This document shows, one piece after another, positions 10,072-20,800 of a stretch of DNA of 64,000 bases. The notes below the pieces were generated by a model. The model worked only from the letters and a program-made list of their open reading frames with translations, did no database searches and was not told the origin of the DNA. The number at the start of each line of letters is the position of its first letter. Positions within the stretch are counted from its first letter, which is position 1. A program made the translations under genes and the position numbers. Location of the stretch: the NCBI GenBank assembly GCA_964518565.1, contig CAZFGX010000001.1, forward strand, positions 267,046 to 331,045, in the 5' to 3' direction. The DNA is from an uncultured Gammaproteobacteria bacterium. Lineage in GTDB: Bacteria > Patescibacteriota > Microgenomatia > CAZETR01 > Amesbacteraceae.

Positions 10072-11746
10072 GCGATTCAAGTTTTTGGTTAGTTATATTT
10101 TCGAGATTATTTCCTGAAACACGAAATGCATATATATTTTTTAGAGGTACGATAACCGCCTTACCCCCAAAAAAACGTTTCATGCTCAAGCCATCAGTCG
10201 CTGCACTTACTACTTCATTCCAGTTATTAGTATATGCAATCCTAGAAAAATCAGTAAAGTTATATTGAAAAGACATTACTACTGGAAAACCAAATAAAAA
10301 TACATGATGTAAAATTTTTGGATCACCTTCGAAGTAAAACAAAGTATACTCAGTTGAGTGAAACTCTGGTACATCGGGTATTTGGTGTTGTAAAACAATG
10401 GTAGTTTTAGCCTCTCTATATGCTAAGAGATTATTTAAATAGTCAAAACTAGCTCTAGCGTGAACACTTATAAATATAAAAAACAGTACAAGAGAAAATT
10501 TTGATGAAAATTTGTAGAAATGGTGGAAAAGACTTGCAGAAAAAATCACCATTCCTACAGAACTTACAATAAGGTATCTGCCAGTTGATTCATAAATGAA
10601 ACCTGGGTTACGAAACCAGGGAACGATAAAGCCCAACAAAACGAGCAAATATCCACACACTAAGCCAAACTTCACAGATTGGCATATGTGTTTCGCTGTA
10701 ATGAACAAAATAAATACTATTGAAACCATCATTCCAGTCAAATAACCAAAAATTTCAAATGTTTGCAGTGGGTATTGAGCACCAAAAACAAATGATTTCC
10801 AAATAAATAACTCCCATAGACCAAAACAAATGACAGACAGAAATATCCATTTAATATCAAATCGCAATACTTTCTTTATCACAACAGCAAACAAAACATA
10901 CACAGAAAAGATTGGAACAAATATTCTACGAGGTGAAATTAATGTATCTGGAACAAAAATAGCACCTATTTGTCGAATTGGTGATAACAAAATTTTAAGA
11001 TTCTTTTGTTCGAAAACCTTAATAATTGAACCGTAGTTTTGTGTTACTGCATTAACGCCTCTTCCTCCGACCATTCCGCCAATATTGGTAACAGAGATTA
11101 TTATTAAAAATATCAATATAAAAAGTGGAAACCGAAAGATTTTTTTCCATAAGCTAATAGTAGGTAAATTAATAAAAAGTAAAAATAATTGAAGAAGAAA
11201 AACAAAAACAGGTAAGAAAATAAAGCGAATAGGTTGAATGATAATCGTAAAAATAAAAAGTATTCCAGACAATAAAAAAAATCGCATCTTTTTCTGTATA
11301 AAAAAATATAGAAAAAACATCATTGAAAAAATACCCAGATATGAAGGCATGTTGAATGACCAATCAGTGGTTTCAAGCCCTGTGGTAGATACAGCAAAAA
11401 AAATTGCAGAACAGAAAGATATAAACTGATTTCTGGTAACAGAAAACAAAAAAAATCCTATTGAAGCAGCTGCTAAAAGACGTAAAAAAAGTGAAATTAT
11501 ATAATAATATTTGGGATCAAAACCTACAAAAGAGTGAATCACAAAAGTAAAAATATCTTGAGGACCGTAATCATTAAAAAAATATGCAAAATACGTCGAA
11601 AATGTATGGGGACTATTTTGTATTGAGTTGTTCAACCGCCATAAGCCCAAATAGTCGTCTCCAGTAAGGCCCAAATTCAAACTAGGTTTTAAAACAAAAT
11701 ACGAAAAACAAAAGAACACTAGTACACCAATAAATACTTTACTCAT
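10052..11746 (-). CDS. Polytopic membrane protein, GT-C-like putative glycosyltransferase.
   Basis: 564 aa with more than 10 predicted hydrophobic helices. The first loop carries an acidic LTGDDYLGLW motif, like the DD/DE motif of ArnT/PMT-type GT-C enzymes. C-terminal soluble domain. Confidence 0.45.
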   Translation of the reverse strand: MSKVFIGVLVFFCFSYFVLKPSLNLGLTGDDYLGLWRLNNSIQNSPHTFSTYFAYFFNDYGPQDIFTFVIHSFVGFDPKYYYIISLFLRLLAAASIGFFLFSVTRNQFISFCSAIFFAVSTTGLETTDWSFNMPSYLGIFSMMFFLYFFIQKKMRFFLLSGILFIFTIIIQPIRFIFLPVFVFLLQLFLLFINLPTISLWKKIFRFPLFILIFLIIISVTNIGGMVGGRGVNAVTQNYGSIIKVFEQKNLKILLSPIRQIGAIFVPDTLISPRRIFVPIFSVYVLFAVVIKKVLRFDIKWIFLSVICFGLWELFIWKSFVFGAQYPLQTFEIFGYLTGMMVSIVFILFITAKHICQSVKFGLVCGYLLVLLGFIVPWFRNPGFIYESTGRYLIVSSVGMVIFSASLFHHFYKFSSKFSLVLFFIFISVHARASFDYLNNLLAYREAKTTIVLQHQIPDVPEFHSTEYTLFYFEGDPKILHHVFLFGFPVVMSFQYNFTDFSRIAYTNNWNEVVSAATDGLSMKRFFGGKAVIVPLKNIYAFRVSGNNLENITNQKLESLKIIPR

Positions 11747-11770
11747 AGTAAATATAATATAATAGTTTAT

Positions 11771-12601
11771 GTGAATAGTCCGTTAGTCTCTATAATTATA
11801 CCTGCATTTAATGAACAGGAAGTAATTGGTGACCTGCTGCAATCCATAAAAAAACAAACATACTCTAAAATAGAAACGTTGGTAATCGACGATGCGTCAA
11901 CAGACGATACAGTTGAAATATGTAAAAGGAATCAAGTAAAGGTTTTTAAACGCTCTCATCAAGAACGAAGTATTCAACGAAATTTTGGAGCCAAAATGGC
12001 TAGTGGCAAGTATTTATTATTTCTCGACGCAGACATGATCTTAGAACCTAATGTAATAGCAGATTGTGTAAAAACTATGACGAGAGACGCTTCAGTAGGA
12101 ATGATTATCATTCCAGAAATTCCAGTTGCTAGTACATTTTGGGAAAAGGCGAAGGCATTTGAAAGAAACATGTACAACGAATTTGGGGATAATACAACGG
12201 ACGCTGCAAGGTTTTTTTCAAAGACCGCATTTCTTAAATCTGGAGGATATGACACCAACATTACCGGGCCTGAAGATTGGGACTTACCAGAAACAATTTC
12301 AAAATTAGGTTTTTTATCAAAACGAATATCAAATAAAATATATCACCATGAACGGATTAGATCACCATTTCAAGTAGCGAAAAAGAAATATTATTACGCC
12401 TTGTCTTCTCATATTTATTTCAAAAAACATAATATTTCTATTATAGGGCCTAAAACAATATATTTTCTAAGACCTGTATTTTACAAAAATTGGAAGAAAT
12501 TTTTAAAACATCCAGTAGTAGGTATAGGTATGATATTTCTCGTAACATTAGAACAGATATTTGGTCTTGCTGGATATATCTTAGGTAAGTATAAAAAATG
12601 A
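11771..12601 (+). CDS. GT2 family glycosyltransferase.
   Basis: VSIIIPAFNEQ, VIDDASTDDT and LDADM (DXD) motifs. Confidence 0.8.
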   Translation: MNSPLVSIIIPAFNEQEVIGDLLQSIKKQTYSKIETLVIDDASTDDTVEICKRNQVKVFKRSHQERSIQRNFGAKMASGKYLLFLDADMILEPNVIADCVKTMTRDASVGMIIIPEIPVASTFWEKAKAFERNMYNEFGDNTTDAARFFSKTAFLKSGGYDTNITGPEDWDLPETISKLGFLSKRISNKIYHHERIRSPFQVAKKKYYYALSSHIYFKKHNISIIGPKTIYFLRPVFYKNWKKFLKHPVVGIGMIFLVTLEQIFGLAGYILGKYKK

Positions 12602-13713
12602 AAATACTACAAATTAGCGCACATTTTTATCCAAATATTGGCGGAGTGGAGACACATCTAATAGATTTGGTAGATGAATTGCTGTTGCAACAACACAAAT
12701 TAACTGTACTTACATACCGTCCTTTGATGAATGATGTATCTTGGAAATTGTTTGAGTCTCGAAATAACTTAAAAATATTCCGTATACCATGGATACGAGG
12801 CTTATTTAATAAGCTTCTAAAATATCCCATTCTCGAGTTTTTATACTTAGTTACCGGATTATTTTTTGTATTGCCTATATTTTTAATTTCTGAAAAATAC
12901 AATTGTATTCATGCGCACGGTTTAGCAAGTTCATTTGTATCTGTGATATGGGGAAAAATTTTTAATATTCGAGTAATAATATCAACTCATTCTGTCTATC
13001 AATTCCCCAAGTCTGGTTTTTATCGAAAAACCGTTACACAAATATTCAAAAATGCTAATAAAGTTCTATGTTTGTCTGAACAATCAAAAAAAGAGATAAT
13101 CGATCTAGGAGTTAAAAAGGATAGAGTTGAAAAATTTACGTATTGGATCGATTTACAAAAGTTTCACCCTATCAATAAAAGTAAGGCAAAAGATCGATTA
13201 AAATGGACGAATAAATTTATTGTTTTATATGTTGGACGCTTAGTACCTGAAAAAGGTCTGCCAGAACTACTAGAAGCCACAAAAAAAACTTCAGACCAAA
13301 TTACATTTGCAATAATTGGATCTGGGCAAATGTCAAACAAATTATCTCAGCTCTCACAAAAAAACATTAAATTTATAGGTCCAGTTTCACAGGATAATTT
13401 ACCTGTATATTATTCTGCTGCTGACCTATTAATTGTGCCTTCAACTCACGAAGAGGGATTCGGTCGAGTAATTATAGAATCACTTGCCTGTGGCACCCCT
13501 GTAATAGGTGCAAACCGAGGCGCAATACCAGAAGCAATGACTGAAGAAGTTGGCCGAATTATTGATATTACTGCTGAAAATATTTCAAAAACAATTCACT
13601 ACATATATAGGCATCCAAAAGTTTTATCTTCATTAGCAAGTCATACAAGAAAGTTTGCAGAGCGAAACTATAGTAGAAAAAATATTCATGCAATTACGAA
13701 TACATATGACTAA
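12598..13713 (+). CDS. GT4 glycosyltransferase.
   Basis: HFYPNIGGVETH N-terminal motif and EEGFGRVIIESLACGTPVI EX7E motif. ATGA overlap with the upstream gene. Confidence 0.8.
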   Translation: MKILQISAHFYPNIGGVETHLIDLVDELLLQQHKLTVLTYRPLMNDVSWKLFESRNNLKIFRIPWIRGLFNKLLKYPILEFLYLVTGLFFVLPIFLISEKYNCIHAHGLASSFVSVIWGKIFNIRVIISTHSVYQFPKSGFYRKTVTQIFKNANKVLCLSEQSKKEIIDLGVKKDRVEKFTYWIDLQKFHPINKSKAKDRLKWTNKFIVLYVGRLVPEKGLPELLEATKKTSDQITFAIIGSGQMSNKLSQLSQKNIKFIGPVSQDNLPVYYSAADLLIVPSTHEEGFGRVIIESLACGTPVIGANRGAIPEAMTEEVGRIIDITAENISKTIHYIYRHPKVLSSLASHTRKFAERNYSRKNIHAITNTYD

Positions 13714-14695
13714 AAAAATTTTACTTACAGGACCTGGATTTATAGGTAAGAAAATTTTAGAAGAGTTACTTACTTCTGGATCAAAAGCTTGTGATATTAC
13801 AGTAGTTGCTGCCCCTTGGGAGGATACAAAATGGCTAAAAGAAAAAAAATTTAATGTTATGGAGGGAGATATAAGAAATAAAATGTTTACAGAAAATCTG
13901 GCGAGAAACTGTAATATTGTCTACCATTTAGCTTCCAAAACAGGATTTGACGGTGGTAGTTATGAGTATTTTAAAGACACAATTGTCGATGGAACCATAA
14001 ACATTCTAAAAACATCAATTAAACATAAGGTAGAAAAGTTCATATTCTTTTCCAGTACGGCTGTTTATGGTCTTCCTGCAACAGCAGGAGATATTGTAAA
14101 TTTGAATGAGTCATCAAATATGAACTTCAGTGAGGGTTATGGTCAGGCGAAAGTAGAAGCAGAAATGAAAGTAAAACAGATGTGTGAAAAAGCACAAATC
14201 AAATTTCTTATTATTAGACCAACAACAGTATATGGTCCAGGAGACCGCGGTGGAATAAGCAGCTTAATAAGGCAAATACAAAATGGTGTGTTTTTCTTTA
14301 TTGGAAATGCAAAAAATAAAATAGATCTAATTTTTGTAAATGATCTAGCAAGAATAGTCGTAACATTAGAAAAAAAACTTAAAAAAAGTAACGACTATAT
14401 TGTTAACTCTGGTAAACCAGTGACACAGTACGAACTAGTCAAATCAATTTGTCTAATAGTTAAAAAAAATCCACCAACAATATTTATTCCTAAAAACATT
14501 GCACTAATTACTAGTTATGTCTCTAAGTATGTCTGGTTACTATTTAAAAAAAAACCTATACTTTTTCCTAATAGAGTCAAAGTGCTAACTTCTAGTTTTT
14601 ATTTCGACACTTCAAAAATACAAAAAACTCGAGAATTCGTAATTACACATTCACTGTTAGAAAGTTTACAAATGACAGTTGAACAATCGTCTTGA
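13706..14695 (+). CDS. NAD-dependent epimerase/dehydratase family protein.
   Basis: ILLTGPGFIGKK Rossmann motif. I chose the start at MTKKILLTG (ATG at 13706, ATGA overlap with the upstream stop) rather than the longer track ORF starting at 13655. Confidence 0.7.
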   Translation: MTKKILLTGPGFIGKKILEELLTSGSKACDITVVAAPWEDTKWLKEKKFNVMEGDIRNKMFTENLARNCNIVYHLASKTGFDGGSYEYFKDTIVDGTINILKTSIKHKVEKFIFFSSTAVYGLPATAGDIVNLNESSNMNFSEGYGQAKVEAEMKVKQMCEKAQIKFLIIRPTTVYGPGDRGGISSLIRQIQNGVFFFIGNAKNKIDLIFVNDLARIVVTLEKKLKKSNDYIVNSGKPVTQYELVKSICLIVKKNPPTIFIPKNIALITSYVSKYVWLLFKKKPILFPNRVKVLTSSFYFDTSKIQKTREFVITHSLLESLQMTVEQSS

Positions 14696-14731
14696 TTTAT
14701 TTAAATATAATAGAGTATAACCATTAACAAG

Positions 14732-15718
14732 GTGGCAATAAAAACAAAAAAAGCATTAGTAACAGGCGCAGGTGGGTTTATCGGTCATCATTTAGTCAAA
14801 TATCTCAAAACAAAAAACTATTGGGTTAGAGGTGTAGATATCAAATTACCAGAATACGAAACATCATTTGCAGACGAATTCGAATTATTAGATTTAAGAA
14901 GAAAGGATAACTGCCTACAGGCAACTCGTGAAGTTGACGAGGTCTATTCGCTCGCAGCAGATATGGGTGGAATGGGGTATATCTCAAAAAACGATGCAAC
15001 TATTTTTCATAACAATTTATTAATAAATATCAATACAATTGATGCTGCCAAAATTAATAACATCAAAAAATATCTTTTTTCATCTTCTGGATGTGTATAT
15101 CCTGCACATAGACAAGATGTTATTAATGTAGAGGCACTAAAAGAGGATTATGCCTATCCTGCAAATCCTGCTGACGGTGCATATAGTTGGGAAAAATTAA
15201 TTACTGAACGGCTATGTGAATACTATCACCATGATTATGGTTTAGATACAAAGCTGGTTAGATTTCATAATGTATATGGACCTCTTGGAACATGGACCGG
15301 AGGTAGAGAGAAAGTCCCGGCAGCATTATGTAGAAAAATTGCTGCGGCAAAATTGTCTAATCAAAATTCTATTGATGTATGGGGAGATGGAAGACAGACA
15401 CGATCATTTTGTTTTATAGATGATTGTGTAGAAGGCATTTATCGACTAATGCAAACCAAATTTAATAATCCAGTAAATTTAGGCCAAGACCGAATGATAA
15501 GTATTAACGATCTTGCAAAACTAATTGCAAAAATTGCAGGTGTTGAAATTACCTTGAATCATATTGATGGTCCTCAGGGTGTTAGGGGTAGAAATTCGGA
15601 TAACACCCTTTTAAAAAAAGTATTAAAATGGGAGCCTCAGGTAACTCTAGAATCTGGAATAGAAAAAACGTACCTCTGGATTGAAAATCAGGTGCTAGAA
15701 TCAAGCTCGAATGAATAG
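14732..15718 (+). CDS. NAD-dependent epimerase/dehydratase (GDP- or UDP-sugar epimerase-like).
   Basis: ALVTGAGGFIGHH Rossmann motif. Catalytic YxxxK region YSWEKLITERL. About 328 aa. Confidence 0.75.
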   Translation: MAIKTKKALVTGAGGFIGHHLVKYLKTKNYWVRGVDIKLPEYETSFADEFELLDLRRKDNCLQATREVDEVYSLAADMGGMGYISKNDATIFHNNLLININTIDAAKINNIKKYLFSSSGCVYPAHRQDVINVEALKEDYAYPANPADGAYSWEKLITERLCEYYHHDYGLDTKLVRFHNVYGPLGTWTGGREKVPAALCRKIAAAKLSNQNSIDVWGDGRQTRSFCFIDDCVEGIYRLMQTKFNNPVNLGQDRMISINDLAKLIAKIAGVEITLNHIDGPQGVRGRNSDNTLLKKVLKWEPQVTLESGIEKTYLWIENQVLESSSNE

Positions 15719-16859
15719 CAAAACAGTAATTTACATAAATTACTCTCCATACGAAAACTCTGGCCATATCCTTGATTATCTGAAGCAAAACTTCAAAAAT
15801 GTTTTTTTATTTTCTCTAGCGTTCCATAGTTTAAATGGCAGCAAACAACTAAATAAGCTAACTATTTTCCAAAACAATAAATTAGTAAGAGAGGAACTAT
15901 TATTCTATCTAAATGTCCCACAAAGTTTAGTGTTTTTCTTTATACCAATTCGATCAGTAATGAATTTAATTCAAATAGTTTGGAAGATAATTTATCTTAG
16001 ATATAAATATGGCCAAATAGATTATTTTTTTACCGTAAATGCTTTTACATCCTCAATTGGAAAAATCTTAAAAAAAATAAATTTAATTAAAAAAAATATC
16101 TTTTGGGTATGGGATTACTATCCTGTAAACCATCCAAAAATAACATTCAAAATTATGAGATGGTTATATTGGCAATTTGACAAATTTGCCACATACTCAG
16201 ATAGGGTTATATATCTAAATCATCGGTTGGCTGATGTAAGGAAAGATTTAGGAATTATTAAAAAAAATACTGAACCTATTATCATTCCAATAGGAACAGG
16301 CGAACTCCTCCCTCAAAAGAAAAAAAATTTAAAAAAAATAAAAATTGGTTTTATTGGTGTGTTAAAACAAAGCCAAGGAATAGATATGTTGTTAGATGCA
16401 CAAGAAGCTATCTCAAAAAATTTTAAGAATTTAAGTTTTGAAATCATCGGTTCAGGACCAGATGAAAAAATGTTTTCTTCTAGGGTTAAGCAAAAAAATA
16501 AAGACAAATTTAATTTTCACGGATTAGTTTCAGATGAGAGATTTAAAGAAATTTTATACGATTGCACAATTGGTATCGCTCCCTATGCACCAGGAGATGG
16601 AACAGTATCTAAATATACAGATCCAGGAAAACCAAAGCGATATATGGAGTTTAATCTACCTCAAATAACAACGAATGTAATAGAGCTCTCAAAAGAGATA
16701 GAAAAGAATAAAGCGGGTATAGTAATTAATTATGGAAACACAAATGAATTAATTATCGCCATAAAGAAAATTGTGGAAAAATACGACTACTATTCAAAAA
16801 ATGCTGCAAGTTTAAATAAAAAATATTACTACAAAAATATATACAAAAAAATGTTTTAA
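15711..16859 (+). CDS. Divergent GT-B (GT1/GT4-like) glycosyltransferase. Uncertain.
   Basis: Size and position within the GT cluster. Two-domain pattern with a C-terminal GIAPYAPGDG segment. Weak, no clean EX7E motif. Confidence 0.35.
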   Translation: MNSKTVIYINYSPYENSGHILDYLKQNFKNVFLFSLAFHSLNGSKQLNKLTIFQNNKLVREELLFYLNVPQSLVFFFIPIRSVMNLIQIVWKIIYLRYKYGQIDYFFTVNAFTSSIGKILKKINLIKKNIFWVWDYYPVNHPKITFKIMRWLYWQFDKFATYSDRVIYLNHRLADVRKDLGIIKKNTEPIIIPIGTGELLPQKKKNLKKIKIGFIGVLKQSQGIDMLLDAQEAISKNFKNLSFEIIGSGPDEKMFSSRVKQKNKDKFNFHGLVSDERFKEILYDCTIGIAPYAPGDGTVSKYTDPGKPKRYMEFNLPQITTNVIELSKEIEKNKAGIVINYGNTNELIIAIKKIVEKYDYYSKNAASLNKKYYYKNIYKKMF

Positions 16860-16869
16860 GATCTAAAAA

Positions 16870-17874
16870 TTAGTACTTTCCCGGATCAATTCGAATTCCT
16901 AGACAAAAAAGAATCAATTCTTTTAAAATGATAATAGATAATAATAGGCAAGCAGGCAAATGCCAAAATACTACTTTATCCCTATATATCTTATAAAGAA
17001 GAAGGCTATCAATCAGGGGAAAAATAATACTAAAAGAGTAAATAGGGAATAAGTATTGCCTAATTTTTCTTGAGGGGTTCAAATACCTCTGTCTATAAAC
17101 CAACCCCATCCCTTTCACTGATTGGTTTAAATTGTTTCGAATTCTCCAAGTATATTTATGAATAAATTGAGAAATGTCTTTAACATGGTAATGAAAGATA
17201 CCGCAACGAGGTACATGTGCTATAAACCCCCCTTCTGAAATTAATTTTATCCCAGACAATATGTCATCATTTTTCCCCATTGATTCCCTTTTAAAACTAG
17301 AAACTGTCCCAAACCCTTGAGAGAGTCCGAGTAAACCATAATTTTGAGATGTAAATTTGTAGATACTATATGCTGACGTTGATTTAACCGGTTTATACAT
17401 GTCTCCATATGTCCGTGGAACAGATGCCCAACGATAAATAAACCAGGTGAACGGATCTGTAGCCAAGTAACCCATATACCTGTCAAATGAATTCCAATCA
17501 TCAGGTGGAATAGTTTGCGGCAAAAAACCTTTCACGTATGGATTTTCAATATAGGGCTGTACCATATCTGTGATCCAGGTTCTAGATGACAAAATATTGT
17601 CTGCATCAGTAAAAAAAAATATCTCCCCTTTAGCTTTTTCTGAGGCCAATGCCTTGCCAGGTTCGTGTAATACTTCAGTATTATGGATAACCCGTGCGTT
17701 GTATTTTTTTGCTATTTTAATTGTAGAGTCAGTCGAACCTCCATCAGCAACAATAATTTCAACTTTGTTTCTCGGATAATTTTGATCTCGTATGGCTTTT
17801 AAACAACGTTCCAATATCCACGATGCATTTAGTGTTGGAATAATAAATGAAACCGATGGTGTTTGTCTAATCAT
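16870..17874 (-). CDS. GT2 family glycosyltransferase with C-terminal membrane segments.
   Basis: VSFIIPTLNAS, IIVADGGSTDST and FTDADN (DXD) motifs, with C-terminal hydrophobic helices. Confidence 0.8.
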   Translation of the reverse strand: MIRQTPSVSFIIPTLNASWILERCLKAIRDQNYPRNKVEIIVADGGSTDSTIKIAKKYNARVIHNTEVLHEPGKALASEKAKGEIFFFTDADNILSSRTWITDMVQPYIENPYVKGFLPQTIPPDDWNSFDRYMGYLATDPFTWFIYRWASVPRTYGDMYKPVKSTSAYSIYKFTSQNYGLLGLSQGFGTVSSFKRESMGKNDDILSGIKLISEGGFIAHVPRCGIFHYHVKDISQFIHKYTWRIRNNLNQSVKGMGLVYRQRYLNPSRKIRQYLFPIYSFSIIFPLIDSLLLYKIYRDKVVFWHLPACLLLSIIILKELILFCLGIRIDPGKY

Positions 17875-17900
17875 GGCCTATATAATATGTATATTAAATC

Positions 17901-19982
17901 ATGAGTTTAAAAATAAAAAAGTATCAGGGGATTCTTTGCATTATAAGCATAATAATAGTTAGTGTTTGGTTCGGAGAAAAAAAAATACTAGCTACTGCCG
18001 AGGAAGGAATACCGTATTACAACCCGATTCGCACTTTAAATCTTTTCTCCTCAAATTTTTACGATACAGGATTGGGTTATGATGGCGCCTATAATATTTC
18101 ACGGATACCGTTAGCGTGGTTAAACGCCGTACTATCTACAACAAGATTAGATACCTGGAAAATTCAAGCAATCGTGTTCTTTTTTCTTATTTTGACACCT
18201 CTTTTGTGCTTACAAAAATTAGCTATATACATTAATGACAATCCCGATGTTGGATTATTTGCAGCAATATTTTATTTATGCAACCTATTCGTTATGTCTC
18301 AAATATGGAACAGGTTTGTGTCATCGTTAATTTTTCTCTGGTCGTACCTGCCTATTTTTTTATTAATTTGGATTACATTACTAAAAACAAAAAAAATTAA
18401 ATATATATTTATCCTTTCGCTATCTTCCATAGTCTATTCGAACATGTTTATAACAATCTCACCTCTTATAACAATTTGGTTTTGTGGAGGAATATATTTT
18501 CTTTTTAATATTTATCAATCAAAAAAGAAAAAAAAAGATATTATTATAGGGTTTTTGTGTGGAGCAATTTTCTTGATATGTAATCTTTGGTGGATAATTC
18601 CAGTATTTTCATTGCAGAAAAATAGTACAGGGTCAAATTTAAATACAAAATCAAATATTCAAACTGTGAACGATGTAAGTAAATACTTTGATAACACAAA
18701 CATACTTACATTAACTCAAAAATATATGTTTGGTCCAAAAAGTCCATATCAAATTTTTTACTTACGCTCAAGCATAAAGCTTGTTTCGGTAATGGTGATA
18801 GGTATATTAACAATAGGTATATATTGCGCAGCTAGAGAAAAGAAAGCGAGGTGGATTTTATGTATGTTATTTTTTGGCTGGTTTATATCTAAGGGAGTGA
18901 ATCCACCATTAGGAAAAGAATTTTACAATTTTATTTTCGCTAATGTGCCATTCACGCAGGTTTATAGAAATCCCTACGAAAAATTTGGGGTTGTTTTTGT
19001 CTTGGCGTACTCATTGTTGTTTGCAATTGGATTAACGAAACTATTCGACACGACAAGTACGGTTAAAAAATATATTCTTATATTAACAGTGATTATTGTG
19101 AACGGGTATTTAGTAAGTCCAATTTGGCAAGGTACACTGTTTTCTTCAAGTAATTACGTTACTGTTCCAGAGGATTATAAAAAAATAAACGAAATAATTA
19201 ATAACGGTTCAAATGATCAAAATCGCATTTTCATGTTACCATTTTTGCACGGCTCTGAGATCAAATATACATGGGGATATTCGGGGGAGGAGGCTTCAGA
19301 ATTTTTGTTTGATCATTCATCTATATCAAGAATTTTTTCAAACCCTGAAGTAGATGAATTTTACTACCAACTTGGAAAATCAAATCTTTTTAGACAAAAT
19401 AAGAATTTTAACAAAATACTTACGACTGCTTTAGTTGATACAATTATTATCCATAAAGATATTGTCAAATCAACTTATCATCAAGAAAGTTATGAAGATA
19501 CGTTAAAGATTGTAGAAAATTGGAATGGATCTGAAAAAATAGCAGAAAATTCTACATTTAGTGTCTATAGAATTTCAGGTAAAAAAATCGCAACCCGTGC
19601 TTATATTGTAGACAAATTATATTTTGTTAATAATATAGAGGAATATTTTAATGAAGCTACAAAAAATGAATTTGATCCTACGACTGATGCAGGAATAATT
19701 CTATCTCAAAACAAATCAACCCCAATGGGTATAGGACTCTCATATAGTACTCCTGATTATCAGGTTATATCAGTCTCTAAAACAAAATATATGCTAAAAA
19801 TTAATCAGGCTCAAGGACCATTTGTGGTTATTTTGTCCAACAACTACAGTCCATATTGGAAATTATTTGTCAATGAAAACGAAAATTTAAACAAATTAAA
19901 AGTTAATGGTTTCGCAAATGGCTGGATAGTTGAGCAAAAAGGTAGTTATAATATTGATATAATTTATTCACTATGGAATTAA
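17901..19982 (+). CDS. Large polytopic membrane protein, paralog A of a four-member family. Putative GT-C-like glycosyltransferase.
   Basis: 693 aa, with an N-terminal multi-helix membrane domain and a C-terminal soluble domain. Shares KGxNPPLG...YRNPYEKF and C-terminal NYSPYWKL...NGFANGW motifs with ORFs 23622, 25520 and 28541. Confidence 0.5.
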   Translation: MSLKIKKYQGILCIISIIIVSVWFGEKKILATAEEGIPYYNPIRTLNLFSSNFYDTGLGYDGAYNISRIPLAWLNAVLSTTRLDTWKIQAIVFFFLILTPLLCLQKLAIYINDNPDVGLFAAIFYLCNLFVMSQIWNRFVSSLIFLWSYLPIFLLIWITLLKTKKIKYIFILSLSSIVYSNMFITISPLITIWFCGGIYFLFNIYQSKKKKKDIIIGFLCGAIFLICNLWWIIPVFSLQKNSTGSNLNTKSNIQTVNDVSKYFDNTNILTLTQKYMFGPKSPYQIFYLRSSIKLVSVMVIGILTIGIYCAAREKKARWILCMLFFGWFISKGVNPPLGKEFYNFIFANVPFTQVYRNPYEKFGVVFVLAYSLLFAIGLTKLFDTTSTVKKYILILTVIIVNGYLVSPIWQGTLFSSSNYVTVPEDYKKINEIINNGSNDQNRIFMLPFLHGSEIKYTWGYSGEEASEFLFDHSSISRIFSNPEVDEFYYQLGKSNLFRQNKNFNKILTTALVDTIIIHKDIVKSTYHQESYEDTLKIVENWNGSEKIAENSTFSVYRISGKKIATRAYIVDKLYFVNNIEEYFNEATKNEFDPTTDAGIILSQNKSTPMGIGLSYSTPDYQVISVSKTKYMLKINQAQGPFVVILSNNYSPYWKLFVNENENLNKLKVNGFANGWIVEQKGSYNIDIIYSLWN

Positions 19983-20800
19983 AATTAAAGGAACTTCTTG
20001 AAAATACAGGAGATATGGCTCTTAAAAGAAGAGCTCTAAATATCCTAAATTATTTAAATCCAAGAGTTGGAGACAGAGTCATAGATATTGGCTGTGGAGA
20101 CGGATATTATCTACATTTATTATCGAATTTAAAAATTAAAAATTTATCACTTTTTGGCACAGATTACGACCCGAGAGGATTAAAAAAGGCTGAAAAAAAT
20201 TTAAATCCCAACATTCCAATTTTAGAAGGCGATTTAATGAAAAAGTTACCCTTTGCAGACAGCTCATTTGATAAAGCCGTAATGTCTGAGGTTGCCGAAC
20301 ATTTACCAAACGATATTGTTGGATTAACTGAAGTGGCTAGAATTTTGAAAAAAAATGGGACGATTTGTTTGACAGTTCCTCATCAAAACTACCCATTTTT
20401 TTGGGATCCTTTAAATTGGTTAATCGAGCATATGACAGGTAGTCATATCAAATCTGGTTTTTTTGCCGGGATATGGAATCAGCATGAACGTTTGTATACT
20501 CCAGAGCAAATTAGACAGGTAATGGAAAAGAGTGGCTTTGTAGTGGAAGAAGTAAAGTCCTTAACGTGTTGGAGTCTACCTTTCAATCACTACATCATAA
20601 ATCTTGTTGCTAGATATTTGCATCAGCAATATCTTAAGGGACAATCAAATAAATCATTAAATAAATTTTCTACAAATTTCAAGCGATCGCCAATTTTAAA
20701 TTTAGCATTCTGGCTAGTAAACAAGATCGATAAATTAAACGATATATGGCAAATTCCTGAGACTGGGGTATCAGTTTTTGTATTGGCCCATAAAAAATGA
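19973..20800 (+). CDS. Class I SAM-dependent methyltransferase.
   Basis: VIDIGCGDGYY motif I, plus acidic motif II (LFGTDYD) and motif III. Confidence 0.75.
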   Translation: MELKLKELLENTGDMALKRRALNILNYLNPRVGDRVIDIGCGDGYYLHLLSNLKIKNLSLFGTDYDPRGLKKAEKNLNPNIPILEGDLMKKLPFADSSFDKAVMSEVAEHLPNDIVGLTEVARILKKNGTICLTVPHQNYPFFWDPLNWLIEHMTGSHIKSGFFAGIWNQHERLYTPEQIRQVMEKSGFVVEEVKSLTCWSLPFNHYIINLVARYLHQQYLKGQSNKSLNKFSTNFKRSPILNLAFWLVNKIDKLNDIWQIPETGVSVFVLAHKK

